Of a stretch of 64,000 nt of DNA, positions 53,570-62,767 are shown piece after piece; position 1 is the stretch's first letter; each line of letters begins with the position of its first letter. A program made the position numbers and the translations under genes. This DNA comes from Patescibacteria group bacterium. GTDB lineage: Bacteria > Patescibacteriota > WWE3 > UBA101185 > UBA10185. The stretch covers positions 12,299 to 76,298 of the forward strand of contig BPJL01000006.1 of the NCBI GenBank assembly GCA_026004595.1, written 5' to 3'. The notes below the pieces were generated by a model. It searched no databases. It was not told the DNA's origin and was given only the letters and a program-made list of their open reading frames with translations.

Positions 53570-53610
53570 AAGCCCGCTCTCACACATTGTTGTTAGGGTG
53601 GGCTTTTTTA
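53570..53610 (+). terminator. Intrinsic terminator
   Basis: AAGCCCGCTCT...AGGGTGGGCTT stem plus T tract. Confidence 0.65.
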
Positions 53611-53689
53611 TTACTGTGAGTTTTTGAAAGTTCCGTCTGATTATCTGAGTGGATTATTAAAAACGTATGCAGCAGTTGTGGTTAATTTT

Positions 53690-53764
53690 TGGTGAGGGCG
53701 GTGGGGATCGAACCCACGACACGCGGCTTAAAAGGCCGCTGCTCTACCACTGAGCTACGCCCCC
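53690..53764 (-). tRNA. tRNA-Lys(TTT)
   Basis: Reverse complement GGGGGCG...CGCCCTC-ACCA; GCGGC-CTTTTAA-GCCGC. Confidence 0.95.
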
Positions 53765-53839
53765 TTAAAACTTTCACATTATACACAACAAAACCCTGCA
53801 GTTAAATGATAAAAGCTCAGAAGATAAATTTTAATAGTA

Positions 53840-54235
53840 TTAAGCAAGCTTTTCCAGTATTTGTTTTGTGGCGTTATTTACGTCGCTGAAAGTTATCCGA
53901 TCCGTGTAAGCTTTTGGTTCCTGCACGTCGTTCCTATAGACAAGAATTACTTTTTTACCCAAAAGTGAGGCGAGCACTTTCTCTATTGTGAGTCCCGTGC
54001 TTTTAACGTTGCTGGTGATGTAGGCAATAAAGACATCACTTTTTAGTATATTCCCAAAAATAGCAGGAAAGGTTTTCCATAGCGGAACCGAGCCCTCCCA
54101 TTTCTGTACGTCCCTTCCTAGTATAAAAGTCTGATGCCCACCACTTTCCAATCCTTCCGCCAACTGCAAAAGATCCCTGACGAGGGATTGCTTGTCTTCA
54201 ACTCGTGAGTATTTATAGCCTATAAAGAGCCGCAT
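53840..54235 (-). CDS. Nucleoside 2-deoxyribosyltransferase-like protein
   Basis: SDVFIA...STGLTIE..LA..LGKKVI pattern. Confidence 0.6.
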   Translation of the reverse strand: MRLFIGYKYSRVEDKQSLVRDLLQLAEGLESGGHQTFILGRDVQKWEGSVPLWKTFPAIFGNILKSDVFIAYITSNVKSTGLTIEKVLASLLGKKVILVYRNDVQEPKAYTDRITFSDVNNATKQILEKLA

Positions 54236-54319
54236 ATAAACAATATTAGCACTTCTGAAAAAAGATTACCTGGTCTGTAAACTGATGGACCTAGTTGATT
54301 TTAGCAAACTTGTTGGCTA

Positions 54320-55642
54320 CTAACTTTTTGTAACAAAACTAACGATATCACCTGCTGGGACGCTGTTCTGTTCGCCCGTTTCCATATCCTTGACGGTAAT
54401 CCTTTTATTTTTAACTTCATCCTCACCGATTATGGCCACAAATCTCACCCCGGATTTTGAGGCGATGCTTAATTTCTTTTTAAGACCCTCACCTGTGTAT
54501 AAAACATCAGCCTGTATATTGCTTTTTCTAAGATTAGCTACTAAGTCGTAAGCCAGATTTGTGTAATCTCCTAAAGGAATAACTAAAACTTTCAAAGTCT
54601 GGCGGTCAGTATATTTAAGAAGGTTATTTTCTTTCAACAGGTCAAAAAGTCTAGTGAGTCCTATCGAAATTCCCGTTCCTGGCAGTTTTTTATCTGAAAA
54701 GTACTCTGCAAGATTGTTGTATCTACCTCCTCCACAAATGGATCCGAACTCCGGATACTCAGTCAATACTATCTCAAATATTGTTCCGGTATAATAGTCA
54801 AGACCCCTGGCTATGGATAGATCTATGGTCCAGCATGATTTAGGTATATTCATATAACCTATGTTTTTAACTAGATCTTCGATTTCTTTCACCCCCTCAT
54901 CAAACGTATCGTTTGCAACATTTAACGATTTTAGTTTTTTTAGCACATCTGCTACCGACCCCGCGGAATTTATAAAATCAAGAATTTTTTCCGTCTGGTT
55001 TATATTTACACCCATTTTTTCAAAATCTTTAGCAACCATTTCTTCGCCGATTTTTTGTACCTTATCTATCTCTCGTAGGATTTCTTTTGTTTTTTTATTG
55101 AGTCCGAGTTTTTCAATGTAGCCGGTTAGTAGTTTTCTGTTGTTGATCTTTATTAAGAAGCTACCTAAGTTAAGTCGTTCAAAAGTGGTGTAGGCGGTTG
55201 CAACTATCTCGGCATCGTAGATGGGAGCTAAACTGTCCTTATCGATTATGTCCACGTCACATTGGTAAAATTCCCTGAACCGCCCTTTTTGAGGACGTTC
55301 CCCGCGAAACACTTTACCTATTTGATATCTTTTAAAAGGGAAAGACAGCTCGTTGTACCTTTGGCTTACATATCTCGCAAGGGGAACCGTAAAATCAAAC
55401 CTCAATGCCATTTCGCTGTCACCTTTTTTGAAGGTGTATATCTGCTTTTCGGCTTCCTTCCCGCTTTTTGCCAACAAAATATCAGCTTTTTCAAGCACAG
55501 GGGTATCTAACGGTAAGAAACCGCACAATTCAAAGCTTTCCCGTATGGAGTCCAACATTTTGTTAAATATAACCTGGTCGCGAGGTAGTAGTTCCATAAA
55601 ACCGGGAAGTATTGTGGGTTTTATAAAAGTTTTTTCAACCAT
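54320..55642 (-). CDS. hisS: Histidyl-tRNA synthetase
   Basis: LRFDFTVP, RGERPQKGRFREFYQCD, ARGLDYYTG, GGGRY. Confidence 0.98.
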   Translation of the reverse strand: MVEKTFIKPTILPGFMELLPRDQVIFNKMLDSIRESFELCGFLPLDTPVLEKADILLAKSGKEAEKQIYTFKKGDSEMALRFDFTVPLARYVSQRYNELSFPFKRYQIGKVFRGERPQKGRFREFYQCDVDIIDKDSLAPIYDAEIVATAYTTFERLNLGSFLIKINNRKLLTGYIEKLGLNKKTKEILREIDKVQKIGEEMVAKDFEKMGVNINQTEKILDFINSAGSVADVLKKLKSLNVANDTFDEGVKEIEDLVKNIGYMNIPKSCWTIDLSIARGLDYYTGTIFEIVLTEYPEFGSICGGGRYNNLAEYFSDKKLPGTGISIGLTRLFDLLKENNLLKYTDRQTLKVLVIPLGDYTNLAYDLVANLRKSNIQADVLYTGEGLKKKLSIASKSGVRFVAIIGEDEVKNKRITVKDMETGEQNSVPAGDIVSFVTKS

Positions 55643-55731
55643 AGCTTACCAATTTTACCGCAGTATTGCTTTTGCATAAAGTTTATTTGAGCAAAATCAA
55701 AACTAGTGGTTATGAGCTTTTTTAATCAAAC

Positions 55732-55960
55732 TTGGTTTTTACCTCTAAATTTGGTGGTACTGCTGGAAAAATTTTATTTGGTATCAGGATTGTAGGCGAA
55801 GATGGTAATTTTATAGTTGTGGTTGCAGCCTTCTTCCGGATGACCGCAGGGTACGCAGCTTCAGCTGGGTTTTTTATGCTAGGCTATCGTTGGGTTTTCA
55901 GAAAAAAAGGAAAATCTTATATGGTATGATAGGTTGTTTGCCACCAAGGCTTAAAGCATA
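55732..55960 (+). pseudogene. Degraded RDD-family membrane protein fragment
   Basis: GGTAGKILFGIRIV...FFR and, in another frame, WYDRLFATK; no intact start, frameshifted. Confidence 0.5.
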
Positions 55961-56077
55961 GAAAGCCCTTTTTGGGAAATTTTGTTTCTGTTTTTATATA
56001 GCTTCAGTTTTGCAGCTTCCTTATCTATATACATATTTACTGTAATTAGATTTTTGTATTAAAAACCCTTTTTGATA

Positions 56078-56106
56078 TTGACAAATCAATCCTTAATGAT
56101 TAAATT
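56078..56106 (+). promoter_or_regulatory. Sigma70 promoter at the start of the accessory region
   Basis: TTGACA-N17-TAAATT. Confidence 0.7.
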
Positions 56107-56303
56107 ACTCTACTTATAGGTTAGGGGAGTACAAGATATAGACTTATAGTAATGTGTGCGTTTGAGTGTTGTTGCTACACACAATCGGAGATTCATATAA
56201 ACTTTGTTCTAGTGTTTTTGCCCTTCTGCCGAAAAGATATTTCATAACAGATTTGGGAGTTTTTTTCAGCCTTCGGAGAGTATGTACTAAAATATATGGG
56301 TCC

Positions 56304-56377
56304 TTGGTATTTGCATGAGGTTGTGTGCGGAGTGTTTTTGTTTGAAAGTATTCCGGGCACAGGCTCAATAAAGCCAA
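56304..56377 (+). other. Long G-U-rich leader hairpin (module 0)
   Basis: TGAGGTTGTGTGCGGAGTGTTTT pairs with AAAGTATTCCGGGCACAGGCTCA; GAAAGGAG SD at 56392-56399. Confidence 0.6.
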
Positions 56378-56406
56378 CCTAAATAAATATTGAAAGGAGA
56401 GCTGTT

Positions 56407-56706
56407 ATGGTCAAGAGCCACGTCAGCCGGGATCCGGGTATATTTGAGCTGATAAACAGAAACCTGCGATTGGTGCTTAAGTTGTTAAAGGACAAACGTG
56501 TTCCTTTTCTTCTTAAGCTTTTACCAATAATAGGTGGAGTGTGGCTAATTTACCCCGACCTTATCCCGGGACCGCTGGACGATGTTTTGGTTATCTACCT
56601 CACGTTTTATGGTTTCATTGAACTGGCTCCGGATGAAGTTGTAAAAGAACTTCGTAAGGAAGTTAGTCATGGAAAGGAAAACGTGATAGAAGGCGACATC
56701 GACTAG
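56407..56706 (+). CDS. DUF1232/YkvA-like small membrane protein
   Basis: LLKDKRVP...K...YPDLIPGPLDD motif. Confidence 0.75.
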   Translation: MVKSHVSRDPGIFELINRNLRLVLKLLKDKRVPFLLKLLPIIGGVWLIYPDLIPGPLDDVLVIYLTFYGFIELAPDEVVKELRKEVSHGKENVIEGDID

Positions 56707-56712
56707 CTACCA

Positions 56713-56750
56713 AGAGAGAGCTTTTATATTCAAAAACAAAAGCTCTCTCT
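56713..56750 (+). terminator. 3' hairpin after module 0
   Basis: Perfect 13-bp stem AGAGAGAGCTTTT/AAAAGCTCTCTCT; no clear U tract. Confidence 0.55.
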
Positions 56751-56819
56751 GTATCCTTAGGAATTTTGGATCTTGATCATTTTGTTTGTCCGTCCCGGCC
56801 ACTTGCGCCGTGCGGATGT

Positions 56820-56948
56820 ACTTTGAAAACACAACAAGAAAGAGGTGGTTGCCCTACTTAGGTTTGCACCTTCGAGACTTTCAGCATGCTGGAAGTTTTG
56901 CAGGTGCGTAGCCTAATAAGAGGCAGCCATATCAATAAGTGAAAGGAG
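56820..56948 (+). repeat. Leader element 1: boxA-like 23-mer + 86-nt hairpin + SD
   Basis: ACTTTGAAAACACAACAAGAAAG (56820-56842), hairpin 56845-56930, GAAAGGAG 56941-56948. Confidence 0.85.
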
Positions 56949-57023
56949 TAAAAAATTGGAAAATACCTGTTTCCTAGTTTCGAATTGCCAGTAAGTCAAC
57001 CATTGAATAAAACGGAGGTAAAA

Positions 57024-57281
57024 ATGCAAACGTTAGTTAGCAACATAATTTTTTTGAGTGTGCTGGTATTCGCAGCAGCTTTGGTGATCTTTGGATTGCT
57101 GAAGTTCATCAAGGTACTTAAAGGAGAGCTCTCTGTAGGTGAGGCTCTGATGGCCATAGGCGGTGTGGTAATCGGTGCAGCAGTTGTAATATGGGCTGCG
57201 ACCGATTTCAACGGGAGCAGGATCATAATCGATACGGTTGGAAAGTGGATCATCCAGATTCTAACCGAGCCCCTAGGCTAG
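57024..57281 (+). CDS. Small two-TM protein, VirB2/TrbC pilin-like
   Basis: 85 aa, two hydrophobic helices with basic loop, GGAGG SD; context. Confidence 0.5.
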   Translation: MQTLVSNIIFLSVLVFAAALVIFGLLKFIKVLKGELSVGEALMAIGGVVIGAAVVIWAATDFNGSRIIIDTVGKWIIQILTEPLG

Positions 57282-57288
57282 GTTAGCT

Positions 57289-58869
57289 ATGAAGACAGCT
57301 GCTGTTCCAACAATCCTGGTGGGCGCTCTTCTGCTTACTGGATGTGCGGAAAAACCGGATAATCTGGAGGTGTTTTTTGATTGGCGGCAAAAATTCTTTT
57401 TGCATGTTGATCAACAGACGGTAGAGCCTTGGGTAGGGCCGGTTTTAAGGCTAGCGGTAGCAGTAGCCTTAGTTCTTTGCTTACTGGTGTTGATACACAA
57501 CCTGAAAAGTGAAAGGCCTATCTGGGGTTATAATTTCATCACAGGTCTCTCAATTTTTGTAGCGATCGCTTTAGTGTATTTTTACATCCCCGCAGCTACA
57601 GCTTTTGGTGAGGCCATAATGCCCCCAGAATTAACGCTTGATAGGGTTTTTTCAGCTCTAAGGTTAGGGTTGGACGGAGGTTTGGCTGACTTGCTTGTAG
57701 GAGGCTGGGCTATAACCTTTACACTCGTTCTCCCGCTCTTTTCGGCTTTTTGGGAAATAATGATGTTGTTGGGTGCCGTTGTTGCTCTAATAGCAACAAC
57801 TTTAGCAAGAAGCATGAAAGGTATCGTTTACATTGTAACGCAGGTGTATGGATGGGGATCTTTCCTTGTTCTTTACAACACCTTAATATCGTTGATCGAC
57901 CGTTACTATCCTACATGGGATTATATGCCTGTAAAGATATTTGTAACGGCGTTCTATGTAATGGTATCTGTCACATTGCTTCTTTTTTGCTACATTGGAA
58001 TACCCTTCTTTGCAATCTCCCTCGTGCCGAGATCAGATGACGAATACAAATCATCTGGAAAGAAAAGGGAGGAAAGAATACGGGACTCCAAAGTGGATTG
58101 GGGGACTATTTTTGCTCCCATACCCATACCCAACGACTCGCCGGACGATGAGCCTGATCAAGATCGATACCATAGTAACGACAATTACGATGATGAGGAT
58201 CCTTCAGATGGTAGTATAAATCCCCAACTACCCCGGGGTCCGAGTGGTGGTGGATTGGGAGAGGTTATCGAAGCACATAAAGGAGATATCCCACCGACTA
58301 AAGTTTCTCGTTCGGAAACTTCGGAAACTAGTAATGGCGATGAACCTGATCCCAATAAAATACTTTTATCGAAAAGTTCGAGATTGGGTTCCAACATTGA
58401 ACACAAAGATTCCAGAGTTTCCGAAGAGGTTGTTGATTCTGTTGAGAACTTCCCTTCGAGTAAAGTTAAACAATTAAAAAGCTTGGAGAGTGGTTCCCGA
58501 TCTGCGGAAACAAGTCGTCCTAACCGGAACAATGGAGATTCCAACCGCCTGGAAATAGATGTCAAAAAAGACAAGCTAAAGAAAGATAAGGCCCACGTAG
58601 AATTTCTGGACAAAACCGGCAAAGTTTTGGAGGTCGTGGGTGTTGTTACCGCATCTCCTAAAGTCGTAATTTTCGGCAAGGGTGTTGAGTTAGCAGCCGA
58701 TGTGTTGGACCGTGCTACGGAAGAAGGTGCAGATACAAAGAAGGTTTTGGATCATTCTGCCAAAGAAGTAGCCAAACGGGTTTTGCGAAACAAATACCCA
58801 GACTTGGTAGAATTTGCAGTCGGCAAGGACGATCGGGACGAAAACAAGCTTAACATGGAAGGAGGGTAG
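57289..58869 (+). CDS. Polytopic membrane protein with lipobox and long disordered C-tail, VirB6/TrbL-like
   Basis: LLLTGC lipobox, about 6 TMs, then D/E/S/P-rich tail; context. Confidence 0.5.
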   Translation: MKTAAVPTILVGALLLTGCAEKPDNLEVFFDWRQKFFLHVDQQTVEPWVGPVLRLAVAVALVLCLLVLIHNLKSERPIWGYNFITGLSIFVAIALVYFYIPAATAFGEAIMPPELTLDRVFSALRLGLDGGLADLLVGGWAITFTLVLPLFSAFWEIMMLLGAVVALIATTLARSMKGIVYIVTQVYGWGSFLVLYNTLISLIDRYYPTWDYMPVKIFVTAFYVMVSVTLLLFCYIGIPFFAISLVPRSDDEYKSSGKKREERIRDSKVDWGTIFAPIPIPNDSPDDEPDQDRYHSNDNYDDEDPSDGSINPQLPRGPSGGGLGEVIEAHKGDIPPTKVSRSETSETSNGDEPDPNKILLSKSSRLGSNIEHKDSRVSEEVVDSVENFPSSKVKQLKSLESGSRSAETSRPNRNNGDSNRLEIDVKKDKLKKDKAHVEFLDKTGKVLEVVGVVTASPKVVIFGKGVELAADVLDRATEEGADTKKVLDHSAKEVAKRVLRNKYPDLVEFAVGKDDRDENKLNMEGG

Positions 58870-58870
58870 T

Positions 58871-59182
58871 ATGAGTCCCTTTTCCTTTCTTGGTGACAGT
58901 AAGATGAGATCGATCAGATATAAACTGTTCGATCATTCTTACACTATCCTGCCGGTTTGGGGTGTGATCGGAATCTTATTTGTTTCCGGTCTGTTTCTTT
59001 ATTTCGGCGGGCTCCGTTGGGTATGCCATGGTACTTCGGGAATAGTTTTTGTTTGGGTAGTTTTCACTCTGCTCAATAAAGTCCTGAAAGCTCGGGCATA
59101 CAAAAAAATCAGCGAAAAGAGCAGACGTGACCAATCCGAGGTAGTTGTTACCTACCTTTCGGATCCCCCGTACCGCTCCTAG
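58871..59182 (+). CDS. Small two-TM protein, VirB3/PrgI-like position
   Basis: GGAGG SD, 103 aa, two TMs; next gene is the ATPase. Confidence 0.5.
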   Translation: MSPFSFLGDSKMRSIRYKLFDHSYTILPVWGVIGILFVSGLFLYFGGLRWVCHGTSGIVFVWVVFTLLNKVLKARAYKKISEKSRRDQSEVVVTYLSDPPYRS

Positions 59183-59189
59183 AAACTTG

Positions 59190-59240
59190 AAAGGATAGGG
59201 TTTTTCCCCAACCCTATCCTTTTCTCTCTTTCTTGTTGTG
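59190..59240 (+). repeat. Trailer element 1: 13-bp hairpin + anti-box CTCTTTCTTGTTGTG
   Basis: AAAGGATAGGGTT/AACCCTATCCTTT; 59226-59240 is the exact reverse complement of 56830-56844. Confidence 0.8.
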
Positions 59241-59326
59241 GCTCTTTTTGAGTTTTCAATATATTTGATTATTCAAAAAGAGGGTACGAGAAACAAATAA
59301 TTTGCAAAAACATCATAGATGTTGGC

Positions 59327-59471
59327 ACTTTGAAAACACAACAAGAAAGCTAAGAAGAGATTATGTTTTTGTTGAGCAGGGCACCTAAAAGAGCCTGAAC
59401 ACTGTCGGGTTCTTTTGGGTGTCATGCTCAATCAGGGCTTGAACATAATAACTAAATCAATAAGAAAGGAG
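59327..59471 (+). repeat. Leader element 2: boxA-like 23-mer + 90-nt hairpin + SD
   Basis: 23/23 identical to 56820-56842; hairpin 59360-59449; GAAAGGAG before ATG 59477. Confidence 0.85.
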
Positions 59472-59476
59472 TTGAG

Positions 59477-61417
59477 ATGGATCTGAAAAAACTTTTATTT
59501 CCGGGAACAGATGCAAGATTGTTACCTGAATCCTCCGTGTTTTTAAACGCGGTAACCAGGGAAGAGACAATTAGTGCTCGAGAGCTCCTTGGTGTGACGA
59601 TCCACCCCGTAAAGGGAGGTGCTGCTGGTGTCAGAAGTACGAATGGAGGTGCTACGCGTGTAATCGCATATCACCAAAGCTCTAAATTCACCGATGGCAG
59701 CGGTTTGGATATACGGCAGGCTTACAAGTACACTTCTAACTTAACAATGTTGCTTAGGCTGGTTAAGCACTACCCCGCCTCTTTTGTAAGGCATGTTCAG
59801 AACGAAAAGGATGGTGAAAAAACAGCCCGTACCGAATTTCTCGATGATGTCATGGAGTGGGCACTTCCTCGGAAAGGAAAGATTAGCGGTCATGATCTGT
59901 TACTTTGGGGAGATTTAGGAGCAATCATTCCCGAAAATAGGGAAGAGACGGCATCGTTACATGGAAAGATTGTTTCTTATCTTCAAGCCGCGTCTGTACT
60001 TCGGAGTGTAATTTTAAGTACCCCAATGTCTCTGGAAGATGCAAAGTACGACTTGATCACAAAAAGCTATGATGCAGTTTGGTATGCTGCACCCAGAAAA
60101 GTGTTTTGGTACCCTGATTTTTATTCGCTACCGGACTCTAATTTGGCATACGCTTTTTGGAGTGGTGTGGTATCTCCTGAGAATATCCGTGAACTAATGG
60201 ATATGGGAGATATACTGCTCTACACGGAGGTGGTCGAGGGTTATCTTTACGCGACCGCTATACTTCGTGTGGTAGTGCCGATTAGAAACGGAACTGCTGA
60301 CTTTTCCTCTGAAACCTCCCAGCTGATGAAACTGGGCAAATGGGAGAGGCGGACAGGTGCGGATCTGAAAAAAGCATTTCAGGCCTTTGTTCCAGGAAGT
60401 GCACCACCTCCGGCATGGGACAGGCACTCAGTACACAAGCCGAACTACGTTCTGTCGGCCATTCAAAAGTCTCTAAAGAATGTTGGGGATAAGAACGGAG
60501 ATACTATGAGCGGTTTCATAGATGACGAGCCGTTCTTTCTCAACAACCAGCTTCGTCCCAGTCGTATCTACTTAGGGCCCAGCAAAGTGGGAAAGTCTAC
60601 CCTTGCTGCAGCACACGTTTTGCAAACCAATGGCTGTAGGGTCATATGGATGCCACTGACAGCGGGTCAATTTGAATCCGCACCCCATTGGGTAGAAAGA
60701 TTCGAAGGAACTGTAATAAACTTAAATCTTCCGGATGCATATACACTTCATAGACAAAACGATAAGCAAAACGGAACCAGGCCTACACGTGTCGATATGG
60801 TGGCCAAACAAGAGGAGTTGCACGTTGAGGACAAAGAAGCGGCCGAAAAGACAGTAGCAAAGCTGGAGGCTGAGTGGTATCAGCGGGGTAAGATTGTAGG
60901 GTTGCCGCTTACGTTTCGTGTTAAGTCAGGCGACACTGTACGATTGCTGAACTGGTACAACCATTTCTTAACTGCTATGAGGGAGGCCTGGAAAAGGTGG
61001 TACGAGCTTACCGGAGAACTTGCCACCATCGTTGCAGACAATTTCAGTGCGTTGAAATTATCGGACAACGACCCCTTGTTAGGTGAATTGCCTGCGGCAA
61101 TAGGGGAGAATCTAGGACTAAACCTAGCTTGGTTGGTATCTAACGGTCGAAATATTGGCCTTTCATGCTGGATTACGACTCATAGCAAGGAAGATCTTGA
61201 TCATATAAGCACCGGCCTATTCAACCAGTTTGGATTGTGCTTCAACCTCAAACACAATGATTTCACTTTTTGTGAGGTCAGCCAGCCGAAAGATCGAGAT
61301 GTTTTGGTACCAAAGCTCTATATAAAGCTTCCTTATCCCATCAAACGCGTTGTTGAAAGACGCGAGCCGAACCTGGATGAACTGCCGTGGACGCAAAAAG
61401 AAGTTTCCGCGGACTGA
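59477..61417 (+). CDS. Divergent VirB4/TraE-like (HerA-FtsK superfamily) ATPase
   Basis: Walker A YLGPSKVGKST, Walker B-like TIVADNF, GRNIGLSCWITTHS resembling GRKxG...TQS. Confidence 0.6.
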   Translation: MDLKKLLFPGTDARLLPESSVFLNAVTREETISARELLGVTIHPVKGGAAGVRSTNGGATRVIAYHQSSKFTDGSGLDIRQAYKYTSNLTMLLRLVKHYPASFVRHVQNEKDGEKTARTEFLDDVMEWALPRKGKISGHDLLLWGDLGAIIPENREETASLHGKIVSYLQAASVLRSVILSTPMSLEDAKYDLITKSYDAVWYAAPRKVFWYPDFYSLPDSNLAYAFWSGVVSPENIRELMDMGDILLYTEVVEGYLYATAILRVVVPIRNGTADFSSETSQLMKLGKWERRTGADLKKAFQAFVPGSAPPPAWDRHSVHKPNYVLSAIQKSLKNVGDKNGDTMSGFIDDEPFFLNNQLRPSRIYLGPSKVGKSTLAAAHVLQTNGCRVIWMPLTAGQFESAPHWVERFEGTVINLNLPDAYTLHRQNDKQNGTRPTRVDMVAKQEELHVEDKEAAEKTVAKLEAEWYQRGKIVGLPLTFRVKSGDTVRLLNWYNHFLTAMREAWKRWYELTGELATIVADNFSALKLSDNDPLLGELPAAIGENLGLNLAWLVSNGRNIGLSCWITTHSKEDLDHISTGLFNQFGLCFNLKHNDFTFCEVSQPKDRDVLVPKLYIKLPYPIKRVVERREPNLDELPWTQKEVSAD

Positions 61418-62767
61418 TAGGGTGTGCCATTATCCCCGGCATCCCAATAATGCTTGTGATCTGCTTATTAAGTCTGATCCTAGCATTGGGATACATGCAC
61501 GATACAGACCCTAAGGCATACAACGAATACATCGGAGATGTCTTGGGTCTGTCCGGGGGGACTTGGTACACCCTCACACCGGACGATGAAGAGCTAATTC
61601 TGGAACTGGGATTTGATCCGGCGGTTGTAGCCAACGAAATTATGGCCAACCGCTGGATCAATGAAAATGGCGGAGAGATAGACCTTGGTATTCAGTTGGC
61701 CATTTTGGAAGGAGAGTCCAAGGCGGGAAAAAACATGGGAACATGCAACGGATTACTTTCCGCTGCGAAATTTTCAAGGCAGGAGGTAGAAGCAGCAGAG
61801 TGGTTGTTAAGACGCTGGAGCGCAGCCGGAATACGAGACTGGTCAGAAATTGCACGGAAAATGGTTACGCCTGACTACAGTGACTACACAGCACACTGTT
61901 CAGCCGGCGAGATAGGACCTAACGGTATTCTTCCGTCGACAGGTGTCACTATATGTAAGTATGGGCTTTCAGAGCACCCTAACCCATTGGTGCGTTCCTG
62001 CAATTTTTTTGATGAAAGGGTTGCGCCTTATGGAAAAAATTGGTGGTTAAAAGCTATCGGATACAAATCCACAGCTTCAAAATCCGATAATTTTGAAGCT
62101 CTGTACGGTTGGAACCATAGCGAGTTCTATAGGACACAGTTGCTCGAAAAAGCTGATTATTACAATAGTTTTTTTCGACAATTGGAAAGGGAATCCACAG
62201 GAAAACGAAATATATGTTTTCAAAGGAACATTGTTGCAAAGTATCGCAGTCAAATTCCTGAAATATGTCGGTCTTCTGTCGGCAGAGGTTTACGCTGCGG
62301 GTCCTGACGAGGGCGCTGGAGAAGCCTTGCCCATTGATGGTTTCGTCCACCCTTACCCCGGGGGTTTTCTTTGTGGATATGGTTTCGGAGTCCCTGTTGC
62401 GAATGGTATTCACTGGGGGGTAGACCTGTGTTTTGGTTCTCCTTGGAAATCCGCTCCCATCTACGCGATGCACTCCGGTAAAGTTGCCTTTGCAAGGTAT
62501 CTTTCCCCCAGCGAACCATTAGCGGGACAATGGTGGATTTCCGGAAATGTAATCGTGATTGAAGGAAAAGATGCTTCCGGAAATACAATCTGGACAGCTT
62601 ACGGCCACGGCCTTAACGGTAGTATGGAAGTTGAGGTCGGAGATGTTGTAGAGAAAGGCCAGAAGATCATGATGTCGGGGTCAACAGGCTTTTCTTCGGG
62701 TATTCACCTTCACCTGGCTATGAAAGTTAACGGTCGGTGGGTGAACCCCGCAACATACCTAAAATAA
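61387..62767 (+). CDS. Membrane-anchored lytic transglycosylase-like + M23 peptidase fusion, split by +1 frameshift at T7 run 62169-62175
   Basis: TM; AILEGES, SAGEIGPNGILPST, ALYGWN (SLT-like); HWGVDL, YGH, GSTGFSSGIHLH (M23); fused length 459 aa. Confidence 0.75.

Noticed and set aside
52010-53764. Integrated element at tRNA-Lys with att duplication
   Set aside because: No convincing duplicate of the tRNA 3' end and no integrase found by eye.
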